From Phycisphaerales bacterium (lineage in GTDB: Bacteria; Planctomycetota; Phycisphaerae; Phycisphaerales; UBA1924): DNA of 64,000 bases. Shown here one piece after another: positions 1-9,668 of the stretch (within the stretch, counting starts at the first letter, position 1; each line of letters starts with the position of its first letter). The position numbers were made by a program, and so were the translations under genes. The stretch spans positions 512,001-576,000 of the forward strand of contig OZ245777.1 of assembly GCA_965227775.1 (NCBI GenBank). The letters are read 5' to 3'. The notes beneath the pieces are model-generated. The model had not been told where the DNA came from and searched no databases. It saw nothing but the letters and a program-made list of their open reading frames with translations.

Positions 1-90
1 CCGACGGCAGACCGCATCCAAGAGATCCACATGCTGGTGCTGCACGCCCTGGTCGAGGGCGTCGAGCGGCGGATGTTCGGCGACTCCTGA
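1..90 (+). CDS. gmhA: Phosphoheptose isomerase (SIS domain), C-terminal end; partial at window edge
   Basis: Frame 1 reads PTADRIQEIHMLVLHALVEGVERRMFGDS*, matching the GmhA 'RIQE.H...H' C-terminal motif. Confidence 0.75.
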   Translation, partial: PTADRIQEIHMLVLHALVEGVERRMFGDS

Positions 91-274
91 GCGGATCGCC
101 CGGCGGCTTCATTCTTTGTTTGGCGTTCGTTGCTACGTCGCGGCTCGCACAGGCCGGCGAGCACAATCGCGCACACTTTCGTGTTCGGCGTGGACCGTTT
201 TGTGGTAGATTGGAAGAGGACGGGAGACCGATCGGTCTGCCCGCGCGATCTGGCACAAGAACGGAGGACGAACG

Positions 275-967
275 ATGCGAGGTATGCTGGGTTCGGTGGT
301 GCTGCTCGCGGCGACGTGCGGGACGATGGGGCAAACGTGGGAGATCTTCTTCGACGTCTCGAACCCCGAGCCTGCGCCCGGAGAGACTATCACGATCACG
401 ATGCAGGCCGGGTATGGCGGCCGGGACTACGCGATTGCGGGCGTGGTGACGGACGTCGAGTTCTCATCGTTGCAGGGCGAGTTGAGCAACTTGCGCCTTG
501 TCGCGCCCATGGATGGACCGGGTACATCTCGCGGCACGCTGGTCGACGGCGTCGTCGAGGAGATCATCGCGGGCCAGCTCAATTTCCCTGCGACGGCGGG
601 CATCTTTGCGGACCCGACGAACCCGATCCCGTTCTGGGCGATCGACTTCACCGTTGACGACGTGCTAGCGGGCCCGATCTTGCTCGAGGCGGTGACGCGA
701 ACCAATCGGTACGACGTCTACATCTCCATGGACTCGGCAAGAAGTGAACCCCGTATTGACGAGTTGATCGAGGGCGAGACGCGCGTGCTGGTGAGCCGGG
801 ACTGTGCGGTGGACTTTGATGGTGATGGCCAGGCGACGGTGTTTGACTTCTTGTACTTCTTCAACCTGTTTGATGCGGGCGATCTGTTGGCCGATTTTGA
901 CGGCGACGGCGAGCTGACGATATTTGACTTCATCGAGTACCAGAACCAGTTCATGGCCGGGTGCTGA
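275..967 (+). CDS. Secreted GC-type dockerin-anchored protein with a beta-sandwich (possibly cohesin-like) N-domain
   Basis: GGAGG RBS; signal peptide; C-terminal CAVDFDGDGQATVFDFLYF...DFDGDGELTIFDFIEYQNQFMAGC. Confidence 0.85.
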   Translation: MRGMLGSVVLLAATCGTMGQTWEIFFDVSNPEPAPGETITITMQAGYGGRDYAIAGVVTDVEFSSLQGELSNLRLVAPMDGPGTSRGTLVDGVVEEIIAGQLNFPATAGIFADPTNPIPFWAIDFTVDDVLAGPILLEAVTRTNRYDVYISMDSARSEPRIDELIEGETRVLVSRDCAVDFDGDGQATVFDFLYFFNLFDAGDLLADFDGDGELTIFDFIEYQNQFMAGC

Positions 968-990
968 GTTCCTGAGCGCGGGAGGAGTGC

Positions 991-2922
991 GTGATGTGCA
1001 AGGCGCATGCGTGCGTGGTGTTGGTCGCATCGACCGGGCTTGTGGCGAGCGCCGCGGGACAAGCGGCCTTCGAGGATGTTGCGGGCGAGGTGGGTCTTTC
1101 GGGGTATCGTGCCTCGATGGGCGACTACCGCGGGCCGGGCGGCGTGTTTGCCGACCTGAATGGTGACGGCTGGCCCGACCTGTATCTGGTGCGGGCGCCG
1201 CTGCTCGACCCGGAGGGCACGAACCAGCTGTTCCTCAACGTCGAGGGAGCCGGCGGACGCATGTTTGTTGAGGCGCCCGATGCCGCGGGCGCGGCAGACC
1301 TGGGCGAAGCGGTCGGCGCGGTTGCCGCAGACTATGACAACGACGGCGACGCCGACCTGTACGTCGTGAACTACGACCAGCCGAATGTGCTGTACAAGAA
1401 CATGCTCGTCGAGACGGGTACGTTCGCCTTCGAGGACGTCACGGCGAGCACCGATCCGACACCGGGCGTGACCGACGACCAGCACGGCGTGGGCATGGCG
1501 TACGAGGACGGCGTGCCGCTGGACAACGGCCTGACGGCGGCCTGGGGCGACGTCGATCGCGATGGCGATCTCGACCTCTATGTTGGCAACCACAACGGCT
1601 ACTTCGATCCCGTGCTCCCAATCGAGGGTCCATACGACGTGCCGGGACGACGGGACGTGTTCTACCTGAACAACGGAGACGGCACATTCACGGAGGCGAC
1701 GATGTCTTGCGGCGTGCCAGGGTGGGAAGCCGCAGACGGTTCGTTCGAGTCTGCCAACCAGCGGTACAGCTCGACGAATGCGGTGATCTTCGTCGACGCC
1801 GACAACGACGGATGGGTCGATCTGTACGTCACGAACAAGATCGGCGGCCCCGACGATCGAGACATGCTGTACCTTAACCGTGGCGAGGACGGCGACGGAT
1901 CGTGGCTTGGCTTCCGCACCGCGACGTACGACCTTCCGGGCACGTTTGGTGCGGCGTCGACGTTCGCGATGGGCATCGACGCGGCCGACCTCGAGAACGA
2001 CGGCGACCTGGACTTCTACATCACCGATATGTCCGACGCGAGCGAGCCGACCTCGCCCGGCATGAACGACCTCTGGCTGTCGCGGCTTGCCGACACGGGC
2101 GCTCTGTCGTACGAGTTGGCGGCCGATGCGGCCCCGTGGTACGACGCACCGGCCAAGCTGGGCTGGGGCGCGCAGTTTCAAGACTTCAACAACGATGGCT
2201 GGCAAGACCTGCACACGACGACCAGCTTCCCGTTCCGCGACTACTTGTACATGAACACCGGCGATGCGTTCGATGAGCGTGCTGTTGAGCTCGGCATCGA
2301 TCGCGACCGTCGCGAGGCTCGCGGCAGCATGACGGCCGATTATGACCGTGACGGCTGGGTGGACGTATTCGTCATCAACATCGACGGGCTGCCCTCGGCG
2401 CTGTACGAGAACCGCTTCGATGCCGCCGGTGCGGATGTCCACGGCTTCCTGAGCGTGCGACTCGTGGGCGACCCTGAGTCGGACCGGAGTTGGCGTTCGA
2501 CCCGGGACGCGATCGGGGCGCGCGTGCGTGTCTCGGCCGATCTTGATGGTGATGGAGCTGTGCAGGACGGTGAGCGTCAGATCAAGGACGTTGTGAGCGG
2601 CAGCAGCAACGCCGCGAGCACAAGCAGTTTGGAACTCGAGTTCGGGCTCGGGCTGGCGTCGTCGGCGATGGTCGAGGTTCGCTGGCCGAGCGGCGTGACC
2701 ACGATGCACGAGATCGCGCGCGACGCGTTTGTCGTGATTCATGAGGCCGAGGCGTGCCGTGCCGACCTGACGGGAGACGGCGAGCTCACTATCTTCGACT
2801 TCCTGGCGTTCCAGAACCTGTTCTCGGCAGGAGATCTGGCGGCCGACTTCGATGGTGACGGGTCGCTGACCATCTTCGACTTCTTAGCGTTCCAGAACTT
2901 GTTCCAGGACGGCTGCGCGTAG
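991..2922 (+). CDS. FG-GAP/CRTAC1-like beta-propeller protein with ASPIC/UnbV domain and GC-type dockerin
   Basis: Multiple D(L/Y)(N/D)(G/N)DGxxDLY repeats; DAIGARVRV...LEFGLG...VEVRWPSG ASPIC motif; dockerin tail. Confidence 0.9.
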   Translation: MMCKAHACVVLVASTGLVASAAGQAAFEDVAGEVGLSGYRASMGDYRGPGGVFADLNGDGWPDLYLVRAPLLDPEGTNQLFLNVEGAGGRMFVEAPDAAGAADLGEAVGAVAADYDNDGDADLYVVNYDQPNVLYKNMLVETGTFAFEDVTASTDPTPGVTDDQHGVGMAYEDGVPLDNGLTAAWGDVDRDGDLDLYVGNHNGYFDPVLPIEGPYDVPGRRDVFYLNNGDGTFTEATMSCGVPGWEAADGSFESANQRYSSTNAVIFVDADNDGWVDLYVTNKIGGPDDRDMLYLNRGEDGDGSWLGFRTATYDLPGTFGAASTFAMGIDAADLENDGDLDFYITDMSDASEPTSPGMNDLWLSRLADTGALSYELAADAAPWYDAPAKLGWGAQFQDFNNDGWQDLHTTTSFPFRDYLYMNTGDAFDERAVELGIDRDRREARGSMTADYDRDGWVDVFVINIDGLPSALYENRFDAAGADVHGFLSVRLVGDPESDRSWRSTRDAIGARVRVSADLDGDGAVQDGERQIKDVVSGSSNAASTSSLELEFGLGLASSAMVEVRWPSGVTTMHEIARDAFVVIHEAEACRADLTGDGELTIFDFLAFQNLFSAGDLAADFDGDGSLTIFDFLAFQNLFQDGCA

Positions 2923-2975
2923 CGCGGACGCGTCACGCACTTGGTGTTGGAGCGAGACACCAAAGGAGCTATGCC

Positions 2976-3764
2976 ATGCGCAGCGTGATCGCGGGAGTCG
3001 GAGCAGGTTTGGCTGGCGTCGTCTTGGGGGGTTGCACGGCCGCGCCCCTCATGAGCCACAGCATCTCGGAGACGACAACGGAAGAATCGGTGCAGGGCCG
3101 CCCCGCGCTGGAACGGCCGATCAGCCTGCCCGGGCACGAGGTGGTGCTGGTGCCCTTCGTGATGGAGGACGACAAGGGCTGGTTCCAATCGGACGATCCA
3201 TACCAGAGGCGCGGCACGTATCGGGCGAGTCGAACAGCGCCCGGGGACGGCTGGCTGGAGAACGCATCCTACGGCTCGGGTGGCGGCGCGAACTACGCAG
3301 CCAGTCGGGTTCGATGGCACAACGCCTTCGGGCGAGATCTTTCGAGCAATGAGCGATGGATGCTACTCGATCGTCGCGGTGTGATTAGCTCGGTAGCGTT
3401 CCTGACACGGCCGCGGTCGAGCGATCAGGGCGTGTGGGCCGTGCTCTACCTGGCGACGACCGAGGATACCAACGGCGACGGCTTGCTCGACAGCCTGGAC
3501 GCACGGCGGGCATGGGTGGCCGATGGCGATGCACGCAACCCGCGGGTGGTCACGCCCGAGGGCATGCGTGTCGTGCGCGCATGGATCGATTGGGATCGCG
3601 AGTATCTGTACTTCCAGTTGCTGGGCGATACCAACGGCGACGGGAAGTTCAGCGATGCCGACGAGTCGGCGCCGTGGCTGCTGAAGATGGGTGATCGTGG
3701 CGAAGCACGACCGCTGATCGACGATGCCACGATGCAGCGGGCAAGGGGTCTGCTGGAAAACTGA
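2976..3764 (+). CDS. Putative lipoprotein with two DTNGDG Ca-binding loops
   Basis: GGAG RBS; lipobox VLGGC; EDTNGDGLLDSLD and GDTNGDGKFSDAD. Confidence 0.75.
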   Translation: MRSVIAGVGAGLAGVVLGGCTAAPLMSHSISETTTEESVQGRPALERPISLPGHEVVLVPFVMEDDKGWFQSDDPYQRRGTYRASRTAPGDGWLENASYGSGGGANYAASRVRWHNAFGRDLSSNERWMLLDRRGVISSVAFLTRPRSSDQGVWAVLYLATTEDTNGDGLLDSLDARRAWVADGDARNPRVVTPEGMRVVRAWIDWDREYLYFQLLGDTNGDGKFSDADESAPWLLKMGDRGEARPLIDDATMQRARGLLEN

Positions 3765-4017
3765 GTTCGGTGCTCTAGGTGGACGTTTCTTCGCCCGGTA
3801 CAGCCGGGCGCTCTCGTGTCTCTCGAATCCAGCGGGCTGGGTAACCTTGCAGGCACTCGTGAGGCGAGCGAAGACGGGACGCGTAGCACAGGGGTTATCG
3901 GTCTCCCTGCCCGAGCTTCACGCCGTCAAGGGCCTCGCTCGTCCGCAAAACTGTCGACGGATGCGTTAGACTCAACCAACGCGCGATTCGATTGATCGCG
4001 CGAAGGGGGTACGCATC

Positions 4018-5721
4018 ATGAAGACTCGAGCACCCGCGGTCGTTCTGGCGTTGGCTGGCTTGTCGTGCACGCCCGTTGCGCTCGCGCAGGGGCCCCTTCG
4101 CGTCGTCGACCTCGAGGACATCGACGGCTCGAACGGCCTCAAGATCCTGGGGATGTCGCCCGCAGACTTCGCGGGCATCTCGATCGCAAGCGCGGGCGAC
4201 GTCAACGGCGACGGCGTCTCCGATATCTTGATCGGCGCGAACGGTGCCGACGTCGGGGGCGCACCCAACGCGGGCACCGCATACGTCATCTACGGCCGGA
4301 CCGGATCGAGCGCGGCGACGATCAATCTCGGCGACGTCGATGGCACGAATGGCTTTGCGATTCGTGGCGTGACGACCGACGCCTATGTCGGCACGTCTGT
4401 TGCCGCCGCGGGTGACGTTAATGGCGATGGCGTCGATGACGTGATCGTTGGTGCGACCGGCGCCAACTACGGTGGCGGCGCATTCGCGGGGGCCGGCTAC
4501 GTCGTTTTTGGAAGCAGTGTGGGCATCCCACCGAGCATCGATGTATCGTCGCTCGATGGATCGAACGGATTCCGGTTTGAGGGCGCGTTTGGAGCCTCGT
4601 ACACGGGCAGGTCGGTCTGCGGCGGCAACGACGTAAACGGCGACGGACACGACGACGTGTGCATCGGGTCGCCGCTGGCGGACGAGGCCTACGTCATATT
4701 CGGGCGCGACGCAGGCAATCCGTTCCCCGCGGCGCTCCGCAGGGCCGACCTTGACGGCGTCCTTGGGTTCATCGCCCGAGGCGACCCTCGCTCGCGGACC
4801 GGCATCTCGGTGGCTATGAGCGACGATTTCGATGGCGACTCGATCGACGACCTCATCATCGGGGCAGAACTTGCCTCTCCTGGTGGCAAGACGAGCGCTG
4901 GTGCGGCGTACATCATCAGCGGCCGCTTGGATTTTGATGACGAGCTCGGGCTCGATCCGGCGCTCATCGGCATCCGCAGGCTCGAAGGCCGGATCGCGCT
5001 CGACAGCCTGGGCGGCGGTGTTGCATCGGCCGGTGACGCGAATGGTGACGGACGAGCGGATCTCGTGGTCACAGCTCTCAACCCCGGCGAGGCATACCTG
5101 CTCTTTGGCGCCGACGATTGGCCCAGCGAGTTCACCCCAGACTTCATTGACGAGACCAGGGGCGGCGTGTTCCGGGGCAATGGCAGGGCCGACCGCATTG
5201 TGGCCGTGTCGGGGGCCGGTGACGTGAACGGCGACGATCGTGACGACTTCGTTATTGGCGCGAGTTTTGCCGACGGCGGTGACGTGCGGTCGGGTGTGAC
5301 CTTCTGCGTGTTCGGCAGCGACCGTTACACGGGGATCATCGACATCCGTGAGCTGGAGCCCGAAGAGGGGTTTGCGTGCTTCGGCGAAGGGTTCGACGAC
5401 CTTTCGGGATTCGCGTGCGGAGGCGGCGGCGACTTCAACGACGACGGCGACGCCGACTTGCTCATCGGATCGCTGAATAACGATCCGCTCGGCGTGGGCG
5501 ATGCCGGCGCGGGCTACATCGTGTTCGGCGGCCCGAGCGATCCTCCAGATCCGTGCAGGGCTGACCTCGACGGCGATGGGCTGCTGACGGTCTTCGACTT
5601 CCTCGAGTTCCAGAACCTGTTCAACGCTGGCGATCTTCGGGCCGACTTTGACGGCGACCTGTTGCTGACGTTCTTCGACTTTCTGGTCTATCAGAGCGAG
5701 TTCACGAGTGGGTGTCCATAG
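4018..5721 (+). CDS. Integrin-alpha-like FG-GAP repeat protein with GC-type dockerin
   Basis: Seven AGD(V/F)NGDGxxD(I/L)(L/I)IGA-type repeats; signal peptide; dockerin tail. Confidence 0.9.
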   Translation: MKTRAPAVVLALAGLSCTPVALAQGPLRVVDLEDIDGSNGLKILGMSPADFAGISIASAGDVNGDGVSDILIGANGADVGGAPNAGTAYVIYGRTGSSAATINLGDVDGTNGFAIRGVTTDAYVGTSVAAAGDVNGDGVDDVIVGATGANYGGGAFAGAGYVVFGSSVGIPPSIDVSSLDGSNGFRFEGAFGASYTGRSVCGGNDVNGDGHDDVCIGSPLADEAYVIFGRDAGNPFPAALRRADLDGVLGFIARGDPRSRTGISVAMSDDFDGDSIDDLIIGAELASPGGKTSAGAAYIISGRLDFDDELGLDPALIGIRRLEGRIALDSLGGGVASAGDANGDGRADLVVTALNPGEAYLLFGADDWPSEFTPDFIDETRGGVFRGNGRADRIVAVSGAGDVNGDDRDDFVIGASFADGGDVRSGVTFCVFGSDRYTGIIDIRELEPEEGFACFGEGFDDLSGFACGGGGDFNDDGDADLLIGSLNNDPLGVGDAGAGYIVFGGPSDPPDPCRADLDGDGLLTVFDFLEFQNLFNAGDLRADFDGDLLLTFFDFLVYQSEFTSGCP

Positions 5722-5729
5722 GACCAGCC

Positions 5730-7940
5730 TCAAGGCGCCTGAAAGCCCGTAGGCATCCAGGCATCCAGGTCTTGCAACTCGCGGGCTGGGCGATCGCTCA
5801 GGGGTACGCCCCACGCAGCAAAGTACGGCTCGAGGTTGCGCCCCACCGTTCGGCTCATCTGAATGACGAAGCGGTCCCGCTTCTCGGCATCGCTTCGTGG
5901 CAGTTGGTCGGCGGGTAGCGACTCGTACGAGCGGAAGGCCCGGTCGAACGCTTCGAGGCCAAACTCATGCCAAATCAGCGCATAGGTCTGTAGGGCAAGG
6001 AAGGGATCGCGCTGCCAACGATGGAACGGCGCCCCCTTCTCGGCGTGGGCTTGCATAGCGCTCAATGCTCGCTCGGGATCGCTGCGCATGACTTCGTCAT
6101 CGAGGGCGTAGCCGTTGATCGTGTGCAGCGCAAGCACGGTGAAGATGTTGACGGTGACCTCGCCCGTTCCATCGAACGTCCACAACGGGTTCTGATGCGC
6201 GTGGCCCATCTCGTGGTACTGGCCCCAGAGTCGGTTGGGCCCGTCCGCATCGAAGTTCGCGAGATCAACCATCGGAGCTGCTTCGTGCAACGGGATCACG
6301 ATTGGCGCGTTGCTCGGGCAGTACATGTAGCCCCAGCTGAGCTTCTTCTCGGCGACGTAGCGGTACTGACGATCCGGCCAGTGCCTTGGCGACCGCGGCT
6401 CGAGCGCCTGCATGGCGGCGTGCACGCGGTCCCAGTGCTGCATAACGAGGTCGGGTCGATCGAGATCTCGGATTGCCGACGCTGGGAGCGAGAACGCGAG
6501 CTCGTCGGATTCGAGTTCGGCCCACGGCGCGCGCAAGCGACGCAGCCGCTCCCGCCACTCGGCGAGATCGGTTTGGCCGAGCCGATATCTGGGCATCTCG
6601 ATTGCGCCCGCGATCTCGATCGTGATGTTTGCCGGCGTGTCGCCCAGGTCGAGGTAGATCGACCCGCCGATGGGTGACGCGAGCGTGGCGGCACCGCCCT
6701 GCAACGGAGCCCGGAACGTCGCCCTAGGCATGCGCACACGATCGTCGAAGTTCTGCGGGTCGAGCCAGCAGCCGACCTGGAGCGTGGCGCCGGTGGCGTC
6801 GCCCTCGATGACGCGCAGCGCGATGGCCTCGCCGGCCGGCGCGTACAGGCCGGTCGTTCGCCAGCCTGGGATTCCATCGTCGAGCGTGATCTGGCGGATC
6901 ACCCGCGGCGCGTCGTCGGGCACGGCCCCGGGAAAGGCGACGTGGCTGGGGTGGGCCGTTACCTGACCGGTGGGCGCCGCGATCATCGCGCGGCGGGCTT
7001 CAAGGTCGAGCAGCGCGCACGCCAGCGGTTGGTCGGCGAGCTTGAGCGGTTTCGTAGCCATCGAGGCGTACGCGGATAGCAACACGTCTGCGTGGCGCTG
7101 CGCCAACGCATCGGCGGTCGCGACCAGCGGACCATCGAGCGGCACGATCGCCAGCGCCTCGCGCGCAACGCGGGCAGAGCGGACCACGTCGCCCTCGGCT
7201 TCGCCGGCGAGGATCGCAAGCGCGACGGTCCCATTGGCCGTGTCGTTGGCGCTGGCATCCAACGTGTACAGGCCATCGCGCCCGGGCGAGAGGGCGCGCT
7301 CGGTGTAGAGGATGCCATGGTCCGCGAGCAGCTTGTTGGCGGCAAGGTCGTGGGCGCCCGTAGCGTGGCCGAGTTGGATCTGGCCCCACGCCGTTTCGAC
7401 GCTGAGGAGCGCCCCACCGTCTTGGAGCCAGCGTGCGAGCTCGTCGAGTCGGCCGGCGCGTGCAAAGCCTTGGGGGGATCCAACGAGCACATCAACGGCG
7501 GACAGGTCGACGGTGCGCGCGTTGCCCTCCACGGACTCCAGCACCAGCCCTTGTTCTGAAAGCCGGGCGAGACGCGCTTGGGTCACGCCCCAGGCGCTGG
7601 TTGCGCCATCCTGCGCAAGCCAGCGGATCTGGTCGTCGATGAAGGCCCGCGTATCGCCGCGGTCATCGTTCAGGAAGCCGCCGTGACCGATCGCGACGAC
7701 GCGCCCGTCGCCCACACGGCCCGAGGCGGCCAGTACCGTGCCATCTTCCAGCGTTGCGATCGACTCGGCCTTGCCGTAGACCACGAGCGAGGCGGGGTTG
7801 CCACCCGTGGCGATGGCGCGGACGCGTTGCTGGCTCGCATGGGTCCCGCCTTCTGCATCTTGCAATGCCAACGCGGAGAAGGGCGCGGCAAGCAGGGCAA
7901 GGTGGACCAGATGGAGCAGGAACAGAGGAGAATTCAGCAT
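5730..7940 (-). CDS. M60-like (enhancin/TCAF-type) metallopeptidase, secreted
   Basis: Start moved to the ATG at 7940 (MLNSPLFLLHLV... signal peptide); TGLYAPAG, APWAEL, HEMGH...GEVTVN M60 motifs. Confidence 0.85.
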   Translation of the reverse strand: MLNSPLFLLHLVHLALLAAPFSALALQDAEGGTHASQQRVRAIATGGNPASLVVYGKAESIATLEDGTVLAASGRVGDGRVVAIGHGGFLNDDRGDTRAFIDDQIRWLAQDGATSAWGVTQARLARLSEQGLVLESVEGNARTVDLSAVDVLVGSPQGFARAGRLDELARWLQDGGALLSVETAWGQIQLGHATGAHDLAANKLLADHGILYTERALSPGRDGLYTLDASANDTANGTVALAILAGEAEGDVVRSARVAREALAIVPLDGPLVATADALAQRHADVLLSAYASMATKPLKLADQPLACALLDLEARRAMIAAPTGQVTAHPSHVAFPGAVPDDAPRVIRQITLDDGIPGWRTTGLYAPAGEAIALRVIEGDATGATLQVGCWLDPQNFDDRVRMPRATFRAPLQGGAATLASPIGGSIYLDLGDTPANITIEIAGAIEMPRYRLGQTDLAEWRERLRRLRAPWAELESDELAFSLPASAIRDLDRPDLVMQHWDRVHAAMQALEPRSPRHWPDRQYRYVAEKKLSWGYMYCPSNAPIVIPLHEAAPMVDLANFDADGPNRLWGQYHEMGHAHQNPLWTFDGTGEVTVNIFTVLALHTINGYALDDEVMRSDPERALSAMQAHAEKGAPFHRWQRDPFLALQTYALIWHEFGLEAFDRAFRSYESLPADQLPRSDAEKRDRFVIQMSRTVGRNLEPYFAAWGVPLSDRPARELQDLDAWMPTGFQAP

Positions 7941-8055
7941 GCCGGAGCGTATCCGGCAGCAGCCGATCATCCCAAAGGGCTGGGCTCCTTCGAAAAGTCG
8001 TTCCGATTCGCCCGATTTTCGGGTAGGCTGTGCAAGTCTGACTGGAGGATGAGCC

Positions 8056-8997
8056 ATGATGGGACTGACCCCATGCCACGTAGTCACGCTTGCCGTCGCC
8101 GGCGCGTCGACGCTCGCGAGCGCCCAGGATGAACTGCGCGTCCTGACCTGGGACGACACCCGCGCACGCGCGTGCGGCGACCAGACGTTCTCGCTGCTGG
8201 GCGACACTGTGCACGCCGGCCTGCGCGATGCGTTGTTCGACCCGGGCGCGTTCGGGCCGGGCGGCGTGATCGATCGCTCGATCGTGCTCACCGGCACGCC
8301 CGAGCTGACCGAGGCCGCGCTGCGCGATGCCGACGTGGTAATCATGCCGCCGTTCGGCTCGCTCAACGCGTGCGAGGCGCGCCTGCTGCGGCTGTTCCTC
8401 GACCAGGGCGGCGGTGTGCTGATCTTCGAGAATGGCAGCCCCGACGCGATGGCCGAGGTCGTCCCCACCGGTGGCGCCACGAGTTGTGGCTCGAACGCGT
8501 TCGCCTTCACTGGAGCGCACCCCGTGGTCGACGGGCCGTTCGGCGCGCTCTCGGGACCGTGGCAGCGCGTCTTCAACTGCGCGATGGACGACCTGGGTGG
8601 CGGCGCGACGCCGTTGGCGACCATCGGCACCGGCGCCGTAACCGCCGCCGCGTTCGAGCGTGGTGATGGACGCACGGTGGTCGTCGGCGACGAGGAGTGG
8701 GCGATGAGCATTGCGCCTTGCCCTGCCGCGCCGGCATGGAACGCCGACGGCCGCGTCTTCTCACTCAACGCCGTCGCCTGGATCGCGCCCGACGAGGGCT
8801 TCGCGTTCGACCCGCCGCCCTTCGTGTGCCCGGCCGACCTCGACGGCAACTGCCTGCTCGAGCTGTTCGACTTCCTGGCGTTCCAGAATCTGTTCGACGC
8901 GGGCGATCCGGCCGCCGACTTCGACGGCGACGGCTCGCTGACGATCTTCGACTTCTTGGCGTTCCAGAACGCGTTCAGCGCCGGGTGTGACGGCTAA
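8056..8997 (+). CDS. Secreted protein with a class I glutamine amidotransferase-like (DUF4350/ThuA-type) domain and GC-type dockerin
   Basis: GGAGG RBS; signal peptide; LRDADVVIM...FLDQGGGVL...GRTVVVGDE; dockerin tail. Confidence 0.8.
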   Translation: MMGLTPCHVVTLAVAGASTLASAQDELRVLTWDDTRARACGDQTFSLLGDTVHAGLRDALFDPGAFGPGGVIDRSIVLTGTPELTEAALRDADVVIMPPFGSLNACEARLLRLFLDQGGGVLIFENGSPDAMAEVVPTGGATSCGSNAFAFTGAHPVVDGPFGALSGPWQRVFNCAMDDLGGGATPLATIGTGAVTAAAFERGDGRTVVVGDEEWAMSIAPCPAAPAWNADGRVFSLNAVAWIAPDEGFAFDPPPFVCPADLDGNCLLELFDFLAFQNLFDAGDPAADFDGDGSLTIFDFLAFQNAFSAGCDG

Positions 8998-9000
8998 CAC

Positions 9001-9348
9001 TCAGGGCAGTTCCGAACGATCCACTTGGTCGGCTTGCTGCCAGCGGATCACGCCGCCGCACTCGGGGCAGGTCGCCTCGGCGGTTGGTGCATCGCGCGGC
9101 AGTCCGTGGGTGTCGTAGCCGCAATGGGGGCAGGGCTCGCGGGCAGAGCTCGGCCTGGCGATGGCCCACACGAAACCGGCGACCGCACCGAACGAAGCGC
9201 CCATGGCGGGGCCGAGCGCCAGCCAGCCGGCCATCGCGCCGGTCACCGACCCGGCGACCACGCCCAGCCCGAGCCCCGCCGCGCCGCCGATTGATCCGCC
9301 CCAGGCCATGCCAATTGCGAGGCGGGCTTCGATGCGGGTGTCGTCCAT
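9001..9348 (-). CDS. Small Gly/Ala-rich membrane protein with C-terminal zinc ribbon
   Basis: Two GxxxG-rich hydrophobic segments; CPHCGYDTHG...CPECG. Confidence 0.75.
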   Translation of the reverse strand: MDDTRIEARLAIGMAWGGSIGGAAGLGLGVVAGSVTGAMAGWLALGPAMGASFGAVAGFVWAIARPSSAREPCPHCGYDTHGLPRDAPTAEATCPECGGVIRWQQADQVDRSELP

Positions 9349-9371
9349 AAATGAGAGTATGGGGAGGGGGG

Positions 9372-9560
9372 AGGCACGATCGTCTCCAACTCCGCAAGAT
9401 CGAGCTTGGGCTGCGGCGCGTTGTCGGCGACAATGATCTCGACATCATCGGGCAGCGACTCGGGATCGAGGGCGCGCAGCACCTCGAGCAGCGAACCGCC
9501 GCGATCGATCGTCGGGATGACGATCGAGAGGGCCGGGCGTGACGCTGGGGGCGTGCTCAC
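9372..9560 (-). pseudogene. Truncated glycosyltransferase family 2 N-terminal fragment
   Basis: GTG at 9560 gives ...LSIVIPTIDRGGSLLEVLRAL...DVEIIVADN, a typical GT2 N-terminus. Similarity stops after about 60 aa and the frame runs into the next gene; the end coordinate is approximate. Confidence 0.55.
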
Positions 9561-9668
9561 GGGCCATGTTAGATCGGCGATCGCTCCACGCACGCACGGG
9601 CGCAACCGCCCCGCCTTCGGGGTGGCCGCGACCGTGTGCCGGCAAGGAGATGTACGCCGATGCGAGGC

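Noticed and set aside
3765..4017. Intergenic region with hairpin CGCGCGAT...ATCGCGCG and GATGCGT/ACGCATC pairing as a riboswitch
   Set aside because: No recognisable aptamer; short GC-rich pairings are expected by chance
718..5814. Long minus-strand ORFs 718..2742 and 3895..5814 (likewise 12462..14246, 45775..47751, 55439..57208, 61316..63484)
   Set aside because: Antisense shadows of well-supported genes in high-GC DNA; no protein motifs
7941..8849. N-terminal extension of the 1039-aa M60 ORF
   Set aside because: Overlaps the real + strand dockerin gene; the signal peptide begins at 7940
803..8997. Dockerin nucleotide repeats as IS, CRISPR or DGR template/variable repeats
   Set aside because: They are in-frame coding domains; no RT, transposase or cas genes, and no evident adenine-specific pattern
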